64,000 nucleotides of DNA from Camelus dromedarius (taxonomy: Eukaryota), in NCBI RefSeq assembly GCF_036321535.1, contig NC_087436.1, forward strand, positions 45,262,001-45,326,000, given 5' to 3'. Below, in pieces: positions 60,512-64,000 of this stretch. A model generated the notes under the pieces. The model searched no databases. It was not told where the DNA came from and was given only the letters and a program-made list of their open reading frames with translations. Each line of letters begins with the position of its first letter. The first letter of the stretch is position 1. Position numbers and translations under genes: made by a program.

Positions 60512-62010
60512 CAACCCAGAATAACCAACACAACAATGAAGGAGAAAAATAAAGTTGGAGGACTGATACTACTTGACTTCAAGACCTACTGAAAGCTAGA
60601 GTAATTAAGACAATGTGATATTAACAGAAGAATAGGCAAATAGGTCAATTCAAGACAATAGGAAGCCCAGAAATGGACCCACATAGAGTCACTGATCTTT
60701 GACAAAGGAGTAAAGGCAATACAGTGGAGCAAAGATAGTCTTTTCAACAAATGGTGCTAGAACAACTGAACATCCATGTGTAAAAATAATGAATCTAGAC
60801 CCAGAGCTCACACCCTTCAGAAAAATTAACTCAAAATTGATCACATATCTAAATGTAAAACACAAACCTACAAAACTTCTAGGAGATAGCATAGAAAAAA
60901 ACCTAGTCAGCTTTGTGAAAGATGATGTCAAGAGAATGAAAAGACAAGCTGCACACTGGAAGAAAATAGTTGCAAAATGCCCATCTGATAAATGACTGTT
61001 ATTCAAAATATACAAAGAGCTCTTAAAACTCAACAAGAGGAAAAGAAACAACCTGATTAAAAAATGGACCACATACCTTATTAGACAGCTCACCAAAGAA
61101 GATACGCAGAGAGCGAACAAGTATATGAAAAGACACTCCACATCATATGTCGTCAAGAAGATGCAAATTAAAATGGCACACTCACTAGAAAGGCGAAATC
61201 CCAAACACTGACAACACCAAATGCTGGTGAGGATGTGAAGCTGTAGGAACTCTGATACTTTGCTGGTGGGAATGCAAAATGGTACAGCCACTTTGTAAGA
61301 CAGCTTGGCAGTTTCTTACAAAACTAAACATACTCTTACCATATGACCCAACAATTGTGCTCCTTCATATTTACCCAAAAGAGTTTAAAACGTCCAGCAC
61401 GAGCATGTTTATAGCAGCTGTATTCATAATTGCCAAAACTTGGAGGCAATCAAGATGTCTTTCATATACCACATCAACTGTGGACAATGGAATATTATAC
61501 GGTGCTAGAAAGAAATGAGCTATGAAACTGAAAAAATAAGGAGGAATCTTAAATGCATATTACTAAGTGAAAGAAGCCTATCTGAAAAGGCAACATAGTA
61601 TATGATTCCAACTATGTGACATTTTGCAAGCATCAAAACTATGGAGACAGTAAGGAGATCAGTGGTTGCCCTGCCAAGGGGTGAGGGATGGAGAGATGAT
61701 TAGGTAGAGCACAGAGGATTTTTAGAACAGTGAAAATACTTTGATACAGTAATGATGGATATCTATCATTATACATTTATCCAAATGCATAGAACATAGA
61801 ACACTGAGAGTGAACCCTAAGGTAAGCTATGGGCTTTGGGTATTACAGTGCGTTGATGTAGATTCATCCTTGTACTCTTTGGAGGAGTGATACTGATAAT
61901 GGGGAAGGCTATGCATGTGTGAGAGCAGGAGGTTTGTGTGAAATATTTGTACCTTCCCCTCAATTTAGTTGTAAATCTAAAACTGCCCTAGAAAAAAAAA
62001 GTTTTTTAAA
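60512..62010 (+). mobile_element. LINE-1 ORF2 3' part plus 3' UTR (L1MC-like)
   Basis: ORFs 60789-60995 and 61279-61518 are L1 ORF2 remnants; tail ataatggggaaggctatgcatgtgtg..tgtaaatctaaaactgc..A-rich. Confidence 0.92.
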
Positions 62011-64000
62011 GAAGTGTGTGAGGAATTCAAATAAAGTATATTTGTTGAATCTAAGGCCTGATTCAAAACTCTCAAGTAAAGCAAAAGATGCAGCCATCTG
62101 GTAAGTTCAGTCCCACCTACCTAAACAGGACAGGTGACTCATCATTTGAAAATAGGAAAAAATAAAGAGAAACTAGGCCTGCCTTCCTCCTTTATTATTA
62201 TTTCAAATGCATTGTTAGTTTTGATCTTCTTTTTTAGACACACAGCTTTTCTTAGACATGGTGAACTGAGAGAAGATCCAATAATTTCAAGGATGAGTTT
62301 CTAAAAAGCATCCCTTAAACCACCAGCGCTGGCTCACTGTTCCCACACCTACTGGGTAGTTGACATTCGTCCTTTATTGATATAAGTAGAGACGTGTTCA
62401 TCTTCATCTTCAGGGCTACAAAACTGACTCATTCATCAGCCCATCATTCTTTTAAGTTTTGTTTTTTTTTAATTAATTAATCTATTTATTTATTTGCTTT
62501 CCAGAAGAGGTGATACATTTCCTCACTGACCTCCTGTTCTCTTTGTGAACAACCACATGCCTCTTCTAAGAAGTTAAGTGAAACCAAGGATCCAGTTGGC
62601 GGCCACTGAACAGAGCAAAGGTAATTGCCCCCTATGAAATCAAAACCGTCACATGCATATAGGATTGCTGTGTTGTAAACTGAGATGCTCAGAATTTTTC
62701 ATCTGTGAACTGATTAGTATGTCAGTACTTCCTCAGAATTTCTACCACATCTCTTCCCTTCTGTTAAAACCTTCAGAAAGGGTAGTTCCTCTTGACCCAC
62801 TCCACTGTGGTCTACACACTCTGTACTTTTGTGTGGTACGTATTTGGAGAGTGAAAGAGGGTTGAGAAAGAGGAAGAAGAGGTAACAGTGAGGTCCCCCA
62901 CCTTCAGTGGAGCAACGGGGAGGAGAAAGACCTTGTGCTTTTTCTACCAGTTCCTTCTCATTGCCTGTGCTGGTAGATGGACTCCCTTCCATCAGAATGC
63001 TTCTGAGATTGTCTGGGTTTCTTACTCTCCATGTTTCTGTTGCCAGCAGCAATGCTGGCATGCAGTGTCCTTCAACAAGATTGATGTTAATGTAAATTCA
63101 ATCAAAATAAAAGTAGTTCCTTCCTCTTTTGTTTCTGAGAAGCTCAACACCACACAGAAGTATGTTTTGCTCTACAGTCTGGCCAGTCTGCAGGTCACCT
63201 ATGATCTATGACCCTTATTTTGAAGCATCATCAATCATATTTTATGACCACTGCTTTGATCAACTGAGTTAAGCAGTCACAGAATATATAGATACAGCCC
63301 ATTAACGTTGTGATGTCCTTAGCCAAAGCATATTTATGTGTCCTATCTGCCATATATCACAAACATTTTTATTTTAAAGATTCCTTTCTGTGGGCTTTGG
63401 TAGAAGTGGCTGACTCTCCTCTATCGTCTGCTAAGCCTCAGCACTCTGTCCATGACGAAGTTCAGTAAATTGCTCCTGAGTTGTCATTCCTCAGTAATAA
63501 TTGCTGTCTTTCTAGTTTACATGCTTGTTTTACTGAGATAATTTTTTTAAGCATGTAGCTAACCATATTGAAATAGCATGGGGTGAAAAGGGAGATATCC
63601 ATGTATATTCTTTCTTCTTCTTAACTTCTAAGAAGTCACATATACCTTTATCATTAAGGACTCTATTAAAGGTTAAATATAAAGGTTTTGTATAAATTTT
63701 ATACATATATACACATATGTATGCATATATATATGAAGTTTGTACAGCTTCAAGAACCTACCATGAATGCATATATTTACTTTTTAAAGATAGTAAAATC
63801 CCTGAGTGAATTAAATTTTCTAGATATACCACTGGTGGATAGTGTTGGTCATGGCTCAAAGCACTGAATCTGCTGGGCTAGTGTTGGATGTGGAATCTAT
63901 GCCTTCTGAAGCCTATATGCTGCTGATTATTCTGTAATACATCTGCTTTATCACCGTTGTTGCTTTTCTCTTATCCTGTGGAAATCTATGGTAAAGAAGG

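Noticed and set aside
60689..61291. Longest ORF in the track (200 aa, minus strand)
   Set aside because: It is the antisense reading of a degenerate L1 ORF2; its hydrophobic composition reflects T-richness.
62010..64000. Search for ENPEP exon 3 (MSTYLV motif) or a promoter
   Set aside because: Not found; exons 1-3 lie outside the window.
1..64000. CRISPR arrays, operons, tRNA/rRNA genes
   Set aside because: Mammalian intron-rich locus; no regularly spaced repeats or structural RNA genes recognised.

Overview
AT-rich, CpG-depleted placental mammal genomic DNA. The L1 3' UTR type and the lack of order-specific young SINEs tentatively suggest a cetartiodactyl such as a camelid. The window holds the 3' two-thirds of ENPEP (glutamyl aminopeptidase/aminopeptidase A, M1 zinc peptidase) on the minus strand. 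I traced 17 coding exons by hand (exons 4-20 by recalled human numbering), from 59856 down to the TGA at 10683-10685. All have GT-AG boundaries with matching phases and join into an uninterrupted 648-codon frame containing GAMEN, HELVH and NEGFA. Exons 1-3 lie beyond the right edge. The rest is intron, 3' UTR and 3' flank filled with old repeats (L1M, L2, MIR, MLT1/LTR16-like LTRs, MER5/20/58/63) plus one young L1 insertion with a 16-bp TSD. Nearly all ORFs in the supplied track are spurious or repeat-derived. I cannot support a new biological system here. The best leads are: a duplicated ~93-bp hairpin-forming element bracketing catalytic exon 6, a three-copy CCAAT-containing element in intron 10, a decayed Gypsy-type integrase tail in intron 13, a very weak exon 15 donor, a frameshift-altered C-terminus, and strong CTCF and PBX-MEIS motif matches. 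Repeat family names and boundaries come from recognition by eye and are approximate.
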